Shown here in pieces: positions 49,262 through 60,857 of a stretch of DNA of 64,000 nucleotides. The DNA is from Spirulina sp. (lineage in GTDB: Bacteria; Cyanobacteriota; Cyanobacteriia; Phormidesmidales; Phormidesmidaceae). The notes under the pieces are model-generated. The model saw only the letters and a program-made list of their open reading frames with translations, was not told the DNA's origin and searched no databases. Within the stretch, counting starts at the first letter, position 1. Each line of letters opens with the position of its first letter. The position numbers and the translations under genes were made by a program. Where the stretch lies: the NCBI GenBank assembly GCA_044070495.1, contig JBIPSI010000013.1, forward strand, positions 64,001 through 128,000, read 5' to 3'.

Positions 49262-49429
49262 CGTAATTTTGAGAATGAGTAATTTGGGAAATGAATCAGG
49301 ACTAGATACCAAATCCTGGTTGGCTATCCCCGGATTGGATGGGCGAGGAGACCTCGCCCCTACGCACGGTTGGGCGAATTTGAAATCGGGGATGCGGAGT
49401 TCGGATTTGGCATGAAGACGAGCCTGGCC

Positions 49430-50080
49430 CTAGGCTTTTTCGATCAGGGCAATGTTCGAGAACACAAAGTCCTGCACTTGGGGGCCATTGGGGGTCACCG
49501 TTTCAATGTGGCGGTGGGAGAGGATGTAGTAGCCATCCACGGATTCGTAGTTGTCCTCAAAGGTGCTGAGGCCACCTTTTTGCTCGCCGGTTTGCGGATC
49601 GTGGTAGACCGAATCGTAGCGATGGGAGAGGTAGCCCGCCCCGGTATCGTGGCTGCTGAAGGTGTGAATGGTGACCACTACGCCATGGATGTGGCGATGC
49701 ACCATAGACACTTCATTGTCGCGAACGTGGTACTTGTCGCCCTCGGCTTTGCCCCCCATCAGGATTTCCACCCCGCCCTCGGCTAGGGTTTCGCCATAGC
49801 GGAAGGTGTTGGCCCCGTGGCTGTCTTCAAAGCTACGGCGGATGCGGTGAATGGCTACCTCAAACAACTGGCCGTGGATGGCTTTTTGGGCGGCGTCATC
49901 GTCTACCCCGGCTACCTCTGGCTTCAGGTCAGCGCTAACCTTGGCCTTGCCCGTGTAGATTTTGCCGTTGTCGGTGTAGGTCACATCGGCGGTGTAGCCT
50001 GGAAAGTCTCGATCCCAGGTGTAGCGGTTTTCGTAAGCGGCGCGAAATAAATCCTGGGCCGCGATCTGGGTTCCAACCAT
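49430..50080 (-). CDS. DUF3386 family protein
   Basis: LFRAAYENRYTWD.DFPGY, VHRHIHG. Confidence 0.88.
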   Translation of the reverse strand: MVGTQIAAQDLFRAAYENRYTWDRDFPGYTADVTYTDNGKIYTGKAKVSADLKPEVAGVDDDAAQKAIHGQLFEVAIHRIRRSFEDSHGANTFRYGETLAEGGVEILMGGKAEGDKYHVRDNEVSMVHRHIHGVVVTIHTFSSHDTGAGYLSHRYDSVYHDPQTGEQKGGLSTFEDNYESVDGYYILSHRHIETVTPNGPQVQDFVFSNIALIEKA

Positions 50081-50267
50081 GAATTCTCTCCGGTTAAGGT
50101 TTTGGCTTATCTAAATAGGAAAAATTCCTATTTAGATAAGCCTGTTTTCTTAGCATAGCGAGATTTGGCCCATCCTGCTGTCCTTGGAGAGAGCCAAAAT
50201 CGCTGTTCCCACAGATCGGGACAAGGGGGATGGGCCAAGGAGGCTATCCATAACCGCTGAACGGGGC

Positions 50268-51015
50268 CTAGCGGGAGGAGTAGGTGAGCGAACGCCAAGC
50301 AAACTTGGGCAGGGCCAGCATTCGTCGCCAGCGCCAAGGTTCTTGGTAAAGGCGATAGAGCCATTCCAGGTGGTTTTTGCCCATCCATTCGGGGGCACGG
50401 GTTTTAACGCCCGCCCAAATATCAAAGCTGCCACCCACACCAATCCAAACGCTGTTGGGGCAAAGATGGCGATGGTCACGGATCCACATTTCCTGACGAG
50501 GTACGCCCAGACCCACCAGAATGACGCTCGGTTGCAGGGTCGCTAGCCGTTGCAGGAAGGCAGGTTGATCCTCAGGGCTGAGGAAACCGTGCTGGTTGCC
50601 CACAATTTGAATCCCTGACGCTTGGCGCTGCCAGTACAGGGCGGCATGATCGGTGATACCGGGGGCACCACCATAGAAAAAGACCGTCTCCTGGGGGGTC
50701 AGCCGTTGCAAGACCTGGGCCGCTAGCTCAATACCGGGAGTGCGCTCAATCCGTTTGCCCTTGGCCCGAAAGTAGAGCACCACCCCTGCACCGTCGGGAA
50801 TGACCAAATCGGCTCCCAGAATAATGTGGCGCAGGGCCAGGTTACGATCCGCCTGCATCGCCATTTCCGCATTTAGCGTTACCACATGGGCACCCACCCC
50901 GGCCCGATACTGGGTCAATAGCCAACCTGCGTAGTCCACACCCACATGGACAGGTAGCCCCATTACCTTCAAGGTTTTTATCGCATCCGACCGATTTGCC
51001 AAGACCATGGCCATC
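50268..51015 (-). CDS. WecB/TagA/CpsF glycosyltransferase
   Basis: VVTLNAE, PDGAG, VGLGVPRQE, GVGGSFD, EWLYRL; start uncertain. Confidence 0.93.
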
Positions 51016-51233
51016 CTCCTCAATCTGCCAATGTTATCATCGCAAGCTACCCCCAGAAGCGTTGGGAGTACCCTTGACACCAAGTCGCTTAACCATAGAG
51101 ACCATACCCCGGAACCGGCTGATTTTGTTGCATTTCTCAACCATTTTCTGAGAAGTTCATCCTAGCCATGGGGCGGCTCAGGTTAGGATGAATTCAAGAG
51201 ATTTAACCCTTGCCAGAAGAGGTTTTTAGGCCG

Positions 51234-51590
51234 ATGACGGAACCCATTGCCCCCATTACCCTGCCCCTGCCCGACGATGCCCAGCAGGAGGGCGAGTGGT
51301 TGCGGTCGGTGCTGCTGCGGTGGCTGAATGCCGAATATCTGCCGGAACCCGCCAACGAAGCCATTGCAGAACGGGCAGCCCAGGTGTTTACCCGGCAGCG
51401 CATGGAGGGCGAAGACGATCTGGGTTCCCTGGTGATGGCTATTTTGACGGAGTTGCAATCCTTCGATTTTTCCCAGAGCTTCTATGGCGAGTTTGCGGTG
51501 GCCAATGCGGTGGGGGATTTAATCTGTGATCGTCTGGGCATTGATCGCTGCTGTGGGCGCTCCAACACCCTAGACACAAAGGAGGTGTGA
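51234..51590 (+). CDS. Conserved hypothetical protein
   Basis: WLNAEYLPE..RQRMEGE..F.VAN motif typical of cyanobacterial/plastid proteins. Confidence 0.8.
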   Translation: MTEPIAPITLPLPDDAQQEGEWLRSVLLRWLNAEYLPEPANEAIAERAAQVFTRQRMEGEDDLGSLVMAILTELQSFDFSQSFYGEFAVANAVGDLICDRLGIDRCCGRSNTLDTKEV

Positions 51591-51859
51591 GTAACCCCAC
51601 ACCCCCTGAGTTTGTTGCCCAATGGGCTTAGTTCTACCGCTTTTCCGACACCCATTTTTGAAATAGCCCTAGGGTGTGTCATCAATTCCAGCCAAAACCT
51701 TTGTAGGACAAGCCTTGCCACGCTCGATTATGGGAAGCAGGCTAGGGGCTGTAACCATTGATTTCTGGGCTATCAGCGATTGATTGATGACAGGCCCTAG
51801 GCTTGCGATGGGCAAACCCTAGGCAAAAAAGCGACCGAAAAACCCTCAGCCTCAGAAAA

Positions 51860-52162
51860 TTACCAGCTCGACTTAACCACACCGGGGAGCAAGCCCTGGT
51901 GGGCCATTTCTCGCAACTTGTTGCGGCAGAGACCGAAATCACGGTAGTACCCACGGGGGCGTCCGGTCATCCAGCAGCGGTTGTGCAGACGGGTGGGGGC
52001 GCTGTTGCGGGGCAGTTGTTGAATTTTGCGGTGAATTTCAACCCGCTCTTGCTGAGACTGAGCGTTGTTAAATTCTTCAAGCAGGGCTTCCCGCTTTTTG
52101 GCGTACTTGGCCACCAGTTTTTCCCGCTTGTGCTCGCGGGCGATCATGCTTTTCTTCGCCAT
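51860..52162 (-). CDS. rpsN: 30S ribosomal protein S14 (long form)
   Basis: [30 protein letters not shown]. Confidence 0.98.
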   Translation of the reverse strand: MAKKSMIAREHKREKLVAKYAKKREALLEEFNNAQSQQERVEIHRKIQQLPRNSAPTRLHNRCWMTGRPRGYYRDFGLCRNKLREMAHQGLLPGVVKSSW

Positions 52163-52304
52163 GGGGTTTCTTAGCCGTAGAACCTTAGAGTACAGACACA
52201 GTCTTCTATCTTAGTGGATGAACGAGCGTTGTGTAAACTCCTAAGTTAAACCCCGGCTACCAGGGGTGAGGCGGCTGGGGCTAACGCTGCTTTGGGCTTC
52301 CTGG

Positions 52305-53795
52305 TTAACGGTTGTTTTGATCCTCCGGTGCGAGTTGGGGGAATCCCAGAGTGTCACCCAGAATGTCGTCGGTACTGGGAGGTTGCGCTGTACTAGCACG
52401 GAGGGCGGGCAGGGTGATCACGAGGCGATAACCGGCTTCGTCGTTGCCCTGAAGACGCAGGTGACCACCATGATGTTGGGCCAGGTGGTGGCAGAGGAGC
52501 AGGCCTAGCCAGTGCTTGGAGATGGCGGCAGGGGTGAGACCATTGCCGAGCAAGCCATGGTTTTCGAGGGCAATCTCTAGGTTGCGGGATCCATTGCTCT
52601 GATCTAGAGCTTGGCAAAGGTGGATCATACTGTTAGGGAGGCCTTCCCCCAGCCAAGGATTGGAAACCCACAGGGCGAGGGCGAGGGATTGGCCCTTGCG
52701 GGAGCTGTGGATGCGCAGAATGCTGTTTTCGCTGGCCATGTGCATGAGACTGAACACGGCATGGTACAAGATTTGCTTGACCGTGTGCTGATCCAAGATC
52801 CAGAGGCCCTGGTTGGGTTCCACGGTGAAATCTAGAGTTTGGGAAAGGGTTTCGGCTAGGGGGGCTAGGGTGTCGAGCGCCTGATGCCCCAGGCGGTTGA
52901 TGTCCACTGGGGCGGCGACGAGATGGGTGGATTCAGGGCTGATCAGGCCCAGATCTAAAATTTCATCCACCTGGTTCATTAAGGTTTGGCTACTGCTGCG
53001 TACAATGGCCACATACTCCCGCTGTTTCTCGGTGAGGGGGCCGTAAATCTCCCGGCTGAGCATACTGGTCATGCCGAGCACAGCGGTGAGGGGGTTACGC
53101 AGATCTTGAATGAGTTGACCAATCAAATGCAGGCGCACAGAGTCTACGGCGGCTTGTTCCGACTGCACTGTCAGGGCCTGATCCCCATGGCCAACGGCAC
53201 CCCTCTGGCGTTCGTATTCGCCTATCCCCCAGCGGGCGGCCATGGCCAAAAAGCTGACATCCTGAGCGCTAAATTCACGGGGCTGACGATCCATCACGGC
53301 CAGCACCCCAATGCACTGGTGTTGGCTGGTGATCAGGGGCACGGCACAGTAGGCCACTAATCCATAGGTGGCCATCATGGAGGTGGCACTGAGGTCAGGA
53401 CATTGGGTGACATCGGCTACAGCCCAGGGCTGCTGGCTGTCTAGGACGTAGCTACTGAGGCTATCAACCAGGGGCAGTTTTCGTCCCGTCGCCAGGGGGT
53501 TACCGATCCCCAGGTTAGACAGGCCATAGGTAGCCCTGAAAGCCTCGATGTCGTCTAGAACCACGCTGATCCAGCCCACGGCCATGCCAAAATGCTCCCG
53601 CACCAGTTGAATCGCCTCTTCAAAGGCGGGAATGCTGCGGTGTTCATCGAGGCCGAGGGCCACAATGGCCTCTAATCGAGCCTGGGATCGGTTGGCATGG
53701 GAGAGGGAGAGAGGCACATCGGAAGACCAGCTTGGGGAAGCAACGTCGGAAGGGGACGGCCCACGGGCAGAGGAAATAAGAGAACTCATGGCCAC
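52305..53795 (-). CDS. GAF + HisKA sensor kinase-like protein
   Basis: GAF (YCAVPL..IGVLAVMDRQPR), DLRNPL helix, degenerate HATPase. Confidence 0.85.
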   Translation of the reverse strand: MAMSSLISSARGPSPSDVASPSWSSDVPLSLSHANRSQARLEAIVALGLDEHRSIPAFEEAIQLVREHFGMAVGWISVVLDDIEAFRATYGLSNLGIGNPLATGRKLPLVDSLSSYVLDSQQPWAVADVTQCPDLSATSMMATYGLVAYCAVPLITSQHQCIGVLAVMDRQPREFSAQDVSFLAMAARWGIGEYERQRGAVGHGDQALTVQSEQAAVDSVRLHLIGQLIQDLRNPLTAVLGMTSMLSREIYGPLTEKQREYVAIVRSSSQTLMNQVDEILDLGLISPESTHLVAAPVDINRLGHQALDTLAPLAETLSQTLDFTVEPNQGLWILDQHTVKQILYHAVFSLMHMASENSILRIHSSRKGQSLALALWVSNPWLGEGLPNSMIHLCQALDQSNGSRNLEIALENHGLLGNGLTPAAISKHWLGLLLCHHLAQHHGGHLRLQGNDEAGYRLVITLPALRASTAQPPSTDDILGDTLGFPQLAPEDQNNR

Positions 53796-53914
53796 GGATG
53801 GAGAGGGTTAGGGAAGACCCCCTTATCGTTCCCGGATTAAGACTAATACGAACATTTTGCCTATCAAGAATGTAAACTTTTATACTGCTCTTACCCCCAA
53901 CTCCCGATGGCTCC

Positions 53915-55663
53915 CTAGGTGTGAGTTCCCCTGGTCAGCCGTTGATCGAGACGGCTAAAGAGGTGGGTTGCCCCAGCTTCTAGGTCTTGATACTCAGACA
54001 GAATTGGCTCCACCGCCTCGGTCTCGCGCTCTACGTAGTCGTAGAACTGGGTAAAGATCCGCTCCACCTCTTCGTAGATCAAATCTAGCTTTTCGTTGAG
54101 GCGGGTGGCAATGGCGGACTGAAAGCGTTGTTTTTCGCCATCGAGGGCTTGCTCAAACTTGGCGATGATGCGGCGACGCTGCCACAGAATGCCAATGGCC
54201 AGCACCACCGCCCCCACCCCAGCAAAGGCAAGTCCAATGGCGCTGAGAATCGCCTCCGCCACCGCAAACTCGATGGCGTAGAGAATCGCCCCGGAGACCG
54301 CCATCACCGCCCCACCCACAATTTCGTTGGCCATGTCTCCAGCCTGGGTGGTGAGCATTTCCCCGATGCCCTGGTTGGTGAGCAGTTTGGCCACCTTAGC
54401 CCGCACCGTTTCGATCACCTCCTGCCGCCGCTCCAAAACCGTGAGGGAAATGTGGCTACTCTGAATTTGGTGGGATTTCACGGCATCGAGATCCTGGTTC
54501 AGCCCCTCAAAAAGTTGGCGAATGCCGTCTACAAAGTGCTGCGCCCCTTCCTGGGACACCTCTTCTAGGGAATCCCGCAGGGTTTGGCTACAGTGATCTC
54601 GAAACTCATCCACCCAGGCTTGCATGGAGGCTTCCTCGTCAAACAGGCCCACAAAGGATCGGCGCATCACCATGCCCACGGACAGGCTTTTGCGAAATTC
54701 GGCCTTAATCTGGGCCGACATCACCTCATAACGGGCGGCGAGGCGATCCGCCAGGGTGTTGACCTCGTAGCGGGATCGGGCCTTCCCGGCATCAATTTTG
54801 GTGCGAAGGTTCTGGGCCGTAGTTTGGTCGATAGCCAACTGTTGACGCAGCCCCTCCACATCCCCCTGCAGCCGATCAATAATTTGCTGGGTGGTTTGGC
54901 TGACGGAACGTAGCTTGATGATGTAGCTCTCCCCAGAGGCCACCATGGTTTGAATATATTGCCGCACGGGTTCAAAACCGCTGTTTTCCCGGTCGCCTTC
55001 CTCCTCTAGAACGGCGGCGGTGGGAAAGATGATCGGTGCGGAAATGTTCTTCTGGTGAGCATATTCCCGCACCCGTTCAAGGTTGGTTTGCAGATCGGTG
55101 GGGCGCAGCAGATCCGCCTGTTGCAGGATAAACACCACTTTTTTGCGCCACTCGGCACTGACAAAATCCAGGAAGTCCCAGGCGCTTTTTTGGTAGGGAT
55201 TTTTGGCAAACAGCACGAAAAACGTGAGGTCGCTGTTGGGAATATAGCGCTCGGTGATGATCTGGTGTTCCGCAATCACCGTGTTGGTGCCGGGGGTGTC
55301 CACGATGGAAATCTCTTGCAGGATAGGAATGGGCCGCCCCACCTTCCGCAGCTTTGGCTCCACCTGATGCTCGTACTCGGTCTCGGCGTAGACAATTTGC
55401 TGAATCGTGTCGGTGCAGGGTTCAATGTCGGTGGCGCACACCTCCGCCCCCAGCAGGGCATTCACAAAGCTGCTTTTGCCCGCCTTTACCTCCCCCACCA
55501 CCACAAAGAGAAACGGCTCGTTAATGTTGTGGCGCAGGCGCTGGGTGGTGCCTTGCAGGTCGGGATTATTAATCCGGGTGGCCAACTGCTGCACCTGGGC
55601 CAGGAGGTGGTCAAGGTCATCCCGATAGGCGACGAGGGTAGGGTTAATCAGGGCACTGGTCAC
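53915..55663 (-). CDS. Bacterial dynamin-like GTPase
   Basis: GEVKAGKSS, DTPG, helical stalk, two C-terminal hydrophobic helices; start uncertain (ORF extends to 55732). Confidence 0.85.
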   Translation of the reverse strand: MTSALINPTLVAYRDDLDHLLAQVQQLATRINNPDLQGTTQRLRHNINEPFLFVVVGEVKAGKSSFVNALLGAEVCATDIEPCTDTIQQIVYAETEYEHQVEPKLRKVGRPIPILQEISIVDTPGTNTVIAEHQIITERYIPNSDLTFFVLFAKNPYQKSAWDFLDFVSAEWRKKVVFILQQADLLRPTDLQTNLERVREYAHQKNISAPIIFPTAAVLEEEGDRENSGFEPVRQYIQTMVASGESYIIKLRSVSQTTQQIIDRLQGDVEGLRQQLAIDQTTAQNLRTKIDAGKARSRYEVNTLADRLAARYEVMSAQIKAEFRKSLSVGMVMRRSFVGLFDEEASMQAWVDEFRDHCSQTLRDSLEEVSQEGAQHFVDGIRQLFEGLNQDLDAVKSHQIQSSHISLTVLERRQEVIETVRAKVAKLLTNQGIGEMLTTQAGDMANEIVGGAVMAVSGAILYAIEFAVAEAILSAIGLAFAGVGAVVLAIGILWQRRRIIAKFEQALDGEKQRFQSAIATRLNEKLDLIYEEVERIFTQFYDYVERETEAVEPILSEYQDLEAGATHLFSRLDQRLTRGTHT

Positions 55664-56286
55664 GGGCGATACCTCCCAACGGTGGTGGGCCAAAGGTGGC
55701 GGGACTAGCCCCGGAACTGCCTCAGGACACACCCCTCATTCAGTCCCAGATTATCGCACCCGTCCCATCCACCCAAGGGAGGAAAGCCAGCCCAGCCCAG
55801 GGGCAATATCCCGCCCCAACCAAGGGAACCGCCCCAAGTCTAGCGATTCCCCCAATGCCCATAGACTCAGAGACTCCGGCCACGACCACCGGGGAGTAAA
55901 CTCCCCGGCTCATTGCAGAAGTCTGCTAAAGCAGACTGGGAAACTCAGAGGCCAATCCTCTCCAGAGGATTTCGACGTTGAGCCTGGGACTTCTAGGCCT
56001 TGGCTCATCGGCCCATCCTGGGGATCGCCCTCAAAACCTGCCTCACCTTAACAAGGCTGGGTGCGGCCAGCCCGCCCACCGATACCGAGGGGCCAACTGA
56101 CCGGATTTAGCCTCCGCGCATTAGCCCTAAATCACAAAAGACCAAGATTCTTAGGGCTGCGGTCTATATAGTTTTCTTGTACTATTTCCCGAACTGCGAT
56201 ATAGTTTACTTGTACTAATTTTGTATCCGTCTTTGTCCTAATTTTTTGTGCATAGCGGATTCCTGACTTCCTAGGATCGATGTGAC

Positions 56287-56904
56287 ATGGTGGTACGGCG
56301 CAGTGTAGTCCTTGGCTGGGGCTGGATAGTTCTTTTCAGTGTGAGTTTAGGCGTGATGGTTGAGATGGCTCCCCTTCCTTGGCAATCGCTGCGGCCAGAG
56401 GTTTCGCTGGCGGCGGATGATCCTCCGCCGGAACCCCAAAACCCTTGGCAGAAGGGGGCTTCCTTTCCGGTGGAGCAATTTACGGCCTACACCTCCCCCT
56501 TTGGCTATCGGCAGCATCCCATGGGGGGCTATCGGTTCCACTACGGGCTAGATTTAGCCGCGCCCCTGGGCAGCTACATTCGCAACTGGTGGGATGGCAC
56601 CGTGATTCGGGTGGGTAGCGACAACGCCTGCGGCACCTACGTCACCGTGAAATCGGGCGATTGGACCCATGTGTACTGCCACATGCACGGGCACATTGTG
56701 GTGGAAAAGGAGGGCGGACGGGTGATGGTGGATCGACCTGGAGGCTTGGAAATTCGCCAGGGGCAGACCGTGCAATCAGGACAGCGCATTGGCCGAGTGG
56801 GGATGACCGGACGCACCACTGGGCCGCATCTGCACTGGGGCATGAAATATCAGGGGCTTTGGGTCGATCCGGCCCTGGTTTTGAAGGCCATGCAGACCCA
56901 ATAG
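56287..56904 (+). CDS. M23 family metallopeptidase
   Basis: HYGLD, YCHM, GRTTGPHLH. Confidence 0.93.
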   Translation: MVVRRSVVLGWGWIVLFSVSLGVMVEMAPLPWQSLRPEVSLAADDPPPEPQNPWQKGASFPVEQFTAYTSPFGYRQHPMGGYRFHYGLDLAAPLGSYIRNWWDGTVIRVGSDNACGTYVTVKSGDWTHVYCHMHGHIVVEKEGGRVMVDRPGGLEIRQGQTVQSGQRIGRVGMTGRTTGPHLHWGMKYQGLWVDPALVLKAMQTQ

Positions 56905-57013
56905 GCCCAATCAAGGCGGTTTTCAGGATCGTCAAAGGTTAAGATACGTAACAGCCTCGGTGTCGGTTCTGGCACGGGGCCATTCCTTTATTACGGTTAA
57001 ATTCGGTACTTTC

Positions 57014-58093
57014 GTGCAATTAGAGTCTCTTCATCTTCGACCAGAGGGGTCATCCCAAGGAAATAGCGCCGCCGATTCGGGCCTACCCTTTACCCTTCAA
57101 GACCTAAAAAACGCCATTCCAGACGCTTGTTTTCAGCCCTCCGTTGGGCGTTCCATCGCCTACTTCCTGCGGGATATCGGCTTGATTGCAGCCCTCTATG
57201 TCGCGGCCTATACCCTGGATGCCTGGTGGTTTTACCCGATTTTTTGGTTTTTGCAAGGCACCCTGTTTTGGGCCTTGTTTGTGGTCGGCCATGACTGCGG
57301 CCACGGGTCTTTCTCCAAGCTGGGCTGGCTGAATAATCTCGTCGGCCACCTGTCCCACACGCCGATTTTGGTGCCCTACCACGGCTGGCGCATCAGCCAC
57401 CGCACCCACCACGCCAACACCGGAAATATTGACACCGACGAAAGCTGGTACCCCCTCACAGAAACCCAGTATCGGCACCTGCCCACTGCCCAAAAATGGG
57501 TACGGTTCTACCTTGGGCTGTTGGCCTATCCGTTTTATCTGTTCCTGCGGTCTCCCGGACGCAAGGGGTCTCACTTTTTGCCCAGCAGCCCCCTCTTCCG
57601 CCCCTCCGAACGGCGTGGTGTCCTCATCAGCACCCTCTGCTGCGCGGCCATGGTGGCGCTGCTGGTGGGGCTAACGGTGCAGTTTGGCCTGGGCTTCATC
57701 GTCAAGTTCTACGTGATGCCTTACCTGGTGTTTGTCGTCTGGCTGGATCTCGTCACCCTGCTGCACCACACCACCCCTGAGATGCCCTGGTATCGTGGCG
57801 AAGACTGGAACTTCCTCAAGGGGGCCATCTCCACCATCGACCACGACTACGGTGTGTTCAACGATATTCATCACAACATCGGCACCCACGTTGCCCACCA
57901 CATCTTTTTGGGCATTCCCCACTACCACCTGAAAACCGCCACCGAGGCCATCAAACCCGTGATGGGGAGCTACTACCGCAAATCCAGCGACTCGATCTGG
58001 ACGAGCTTCTGGCGAGCCTTCTGGGAATGCCGCTACGTGCCCGACCAAGGTTCTCAGGTTTATTACCAACCCGATCCTCAATACCGGGCCTAG
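57014..58093 (+). CDS. desB: Omega-3 acyl-lipid desaturase
   Basis: His boxes HDCGH, HRTHH(ANTGNID), HVAHH. Confidence 0.88.
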   Translation: MQLESLHLRPEGSSQGNSAADSGLPFTLQDLKNAIPDACFQPSVGRSIAYFLRDIGLIAALYVAAYTLDAWWFYPIFWFLQGTLFWALFVVGHDCGHGSFSKLGWLNNLVGHLSHTPILVPYHGWRISHRTHHANTGNIDTDESWYPLTETQYRHLPTAQKWVRFYLGLLAYPFYLFLRSPGRKGSHFLPSSPLFRPSERRGVLISTLCCAAMVALLVGLTVQFGLGFIVKFYVMPYLVFVVWLDLVTLLHHTTPEMPWYRGEDWNFLKGAISTIDHDYGVFNDIHHNIGTHVAHHIFLGIPHYHLKTATEAIKPVMGSYYRKSSDSIWTSFWRAFWECRYVPDQGSQVYYQPDPQYRA

Positions 58094-58114
58094 GGGTTAA
58101 ACATCCCACCCTAC

Positions 58115-58161
58115 AGAACCCCGGTTTCCACCCTTGGCAAGGCCGCATCTCCTAGGCCCAC
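58115..58161. terminator. Hairpin between convergent genes
   Basis: AGAACCCCGGTTTC at 58115; complementary arm GAAACCGGGGTTCT near 58169-58182. Confidence 0.5.
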
Positions 58162-58197
58162 CGACGAAGAAACCGGGGTTCTCTCAATGGGGATGAT

Positions 58198-58785
58198 CTA
58201 CACCCGCTGGCTGAACGCTGCCTGGGCCTGTTGCAGGCTAGCCAGATGGGGCCAAGGCAGCAAATCCTCTAAGTTCGTAGCCGGAATCGAAATTTGGCAA
58301 GGCCGCAGGGAAAGGGTGAGATCCAGCGCCGAGAACGCCAGCCATTGATCCGACGAATGAACCCGTACCTGCCCCTGGGTTGCCCCTTGACACCCATGGG
58401 GAATCGTGAGCGTGGCGGACAAGCTGTAGTCTCCCGGTGGCAGATCAAAAAAGCAGTAGTGGCCATCACCCCCGGTTAGGGTTTGGTCAGGGCGGGGGGC
58501 AACCAGCCACTGGTTGCGCTCAAAGGTGTTGAACAGCACTTGGGCCAATTTGAGGGTATCGGGGGTAATGGGGCGATCACACATCAGCCGTTGATAGTTC
58601 GCCATCAGGTGCGGGTGGGGAACGAGGGATTGCCCTAGAACCTCCAAAAAAACCTGAATACATTCCATCGGGGCTTGGGTAATGCGCACTACAACTTGGG
58701 GCAATCCTTCCTGGGTGGCGGCATTGATCACCGTTCCAGCAATGGCCACTCGCTGCTGTTGGGTTTGATGGGCTGAAGTCAGCAT
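58198..58785 (-). CDS. Carboxypeptidase-regulatory-like domain protein
   Basis: VAIAGTVINAAT..T..DGHYCFFDLPPGDYSLSA; ATG 58785 preferred over 58887. Confidence 0.75.
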   Translation of the reverse strand: MLTSAHQTQQQRVAIAGTVINAATQEGLPQVVVRITQAPMECIQVFLEVLGQSLVPHPHLMANYQRLMCDRPITPDTLKLAQVLFNTFERNQWLVAPRPDQTLTGGDGHYCFFDLPPGDYSLSATLTIPHGCQGATQGQVRVHSSDQWLAFSALDLTLSLRPCQISIPATNLEDLLPWPHLASLQQAQAAFSQRV

Positions 58786-59335
58786 GTCCGGTTCTCCCTT
58801 ATGGCGTGGATACAGAACCCAGCGTCGCTGCCTGGACAGAGGGCTTTTCAGCCACGACTGCCCAAAGACCAAAGACCGACACGACACTGTTGCCCACGCA
58901 ATCGTGGGCCATGGGTGGGGGCAAATGAATAGCGGTCACACTAAATATCGGTAGCCGACACACTGAGGCGAACTCGTCTACCGTGGGAGGCCATAGCCCT
59001 ACGTCCCGCAACGGACTCCGAAGCCCCCGCAGGTTTCCTTGCCCCAGGCTCATCCTACTGCTAATTACCGGGGGGCGGTGGGATCATTGCGCGAAGTTCT
59101 CATCGGTGCAAGGGGCACTCTAGCCAGTGCGACGTAATTTGTTGTTATGTAAATCCGCCCCACCATGCCAATCCGCCCCGCCGAATCACCCTGGATGGAT
59201 CTTGACAGTTGACTTTTCAGGTAGGGGGAACAGCAACAAAGGCCCCTCTCCTTGGGGGAGAGGGGTTTGGGGTGAAGGCCCTTGGGGATGAACGATCCCC
59301 AGAGGATGCCCTCGGTATCCACTAATCGGTATCCA

Positions 59336-60382
<1,047 letters not shown>

Positions 60383-60582
60383 TTAAGGATTCTCCACGCA
60401 ATACCGCCAACTCTTAACGTTTTTTGAAATGTCGTTACATCCGACAACCTTTCTTGAGGAAGGCCGTTGGCTACCGTGCCACCTAATCTATCGATCTGGA
60501 CGCGGCTGATCGCCAAGACCACCCCTCGCACCTTCCCATCCCTGGGCCAATGGACTAGGACTGGGGCGGCAAAGGCAGTTCG

Positions 60583-60708
60583 ATGCCCAACTTGCCGCTC
60601 AGATCGGTCACGTTATCCACATTGGCCTTTGCTCTACTCATTTCAGCGGCGGTGGCGCTGGTGATAAACGCAACGGCCTTTCTGGTCAAGCTCTGGTTGC
60701 CCGATTGA
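60583..60708 (+). CDS. Candidate 41-aa single-TM small protein
   Basis: MPNLPLRSVTLSTLAFALLISAAVALVINATAFLVKLWLPD; AAGG upstream; shorter than any ORF in the track. Confidence 0.45.
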   Translation: MPNLPLRSVTLSTLAFALLISAAVALVINATAFLVKLWLPD

Positions 60709-60857
60709 GGTCGCTAAACCCATCCTGGGGCCTTCGGTTCTCACTACCCCCGATAGATGAGAGCTTAGTTAACAGTTCGTTACAATAACACCTATGGACA
60801 GGACACAAATCCTAGGATTTCACCCCCTGTCCTCAGGTTTTAAACGAGAGGTGCCCC

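Noticed and set aside
51803..52174. Antisense ORF over rpsN and the many similar overlapping ORFs in the track
   Set aside because: Expected shadows of GC-rich coding strands
59177..59310. Possible c-di-AMP (ydaO) riboswitch: CGCCGAATC..GGGGGAAC..GGGGTGAA
   Set aside because: The GGGGTGA part belongs to a REP hairpin, the 3' CCCG..CAGCTAAC core is missing, and there is no downstream + strand gene
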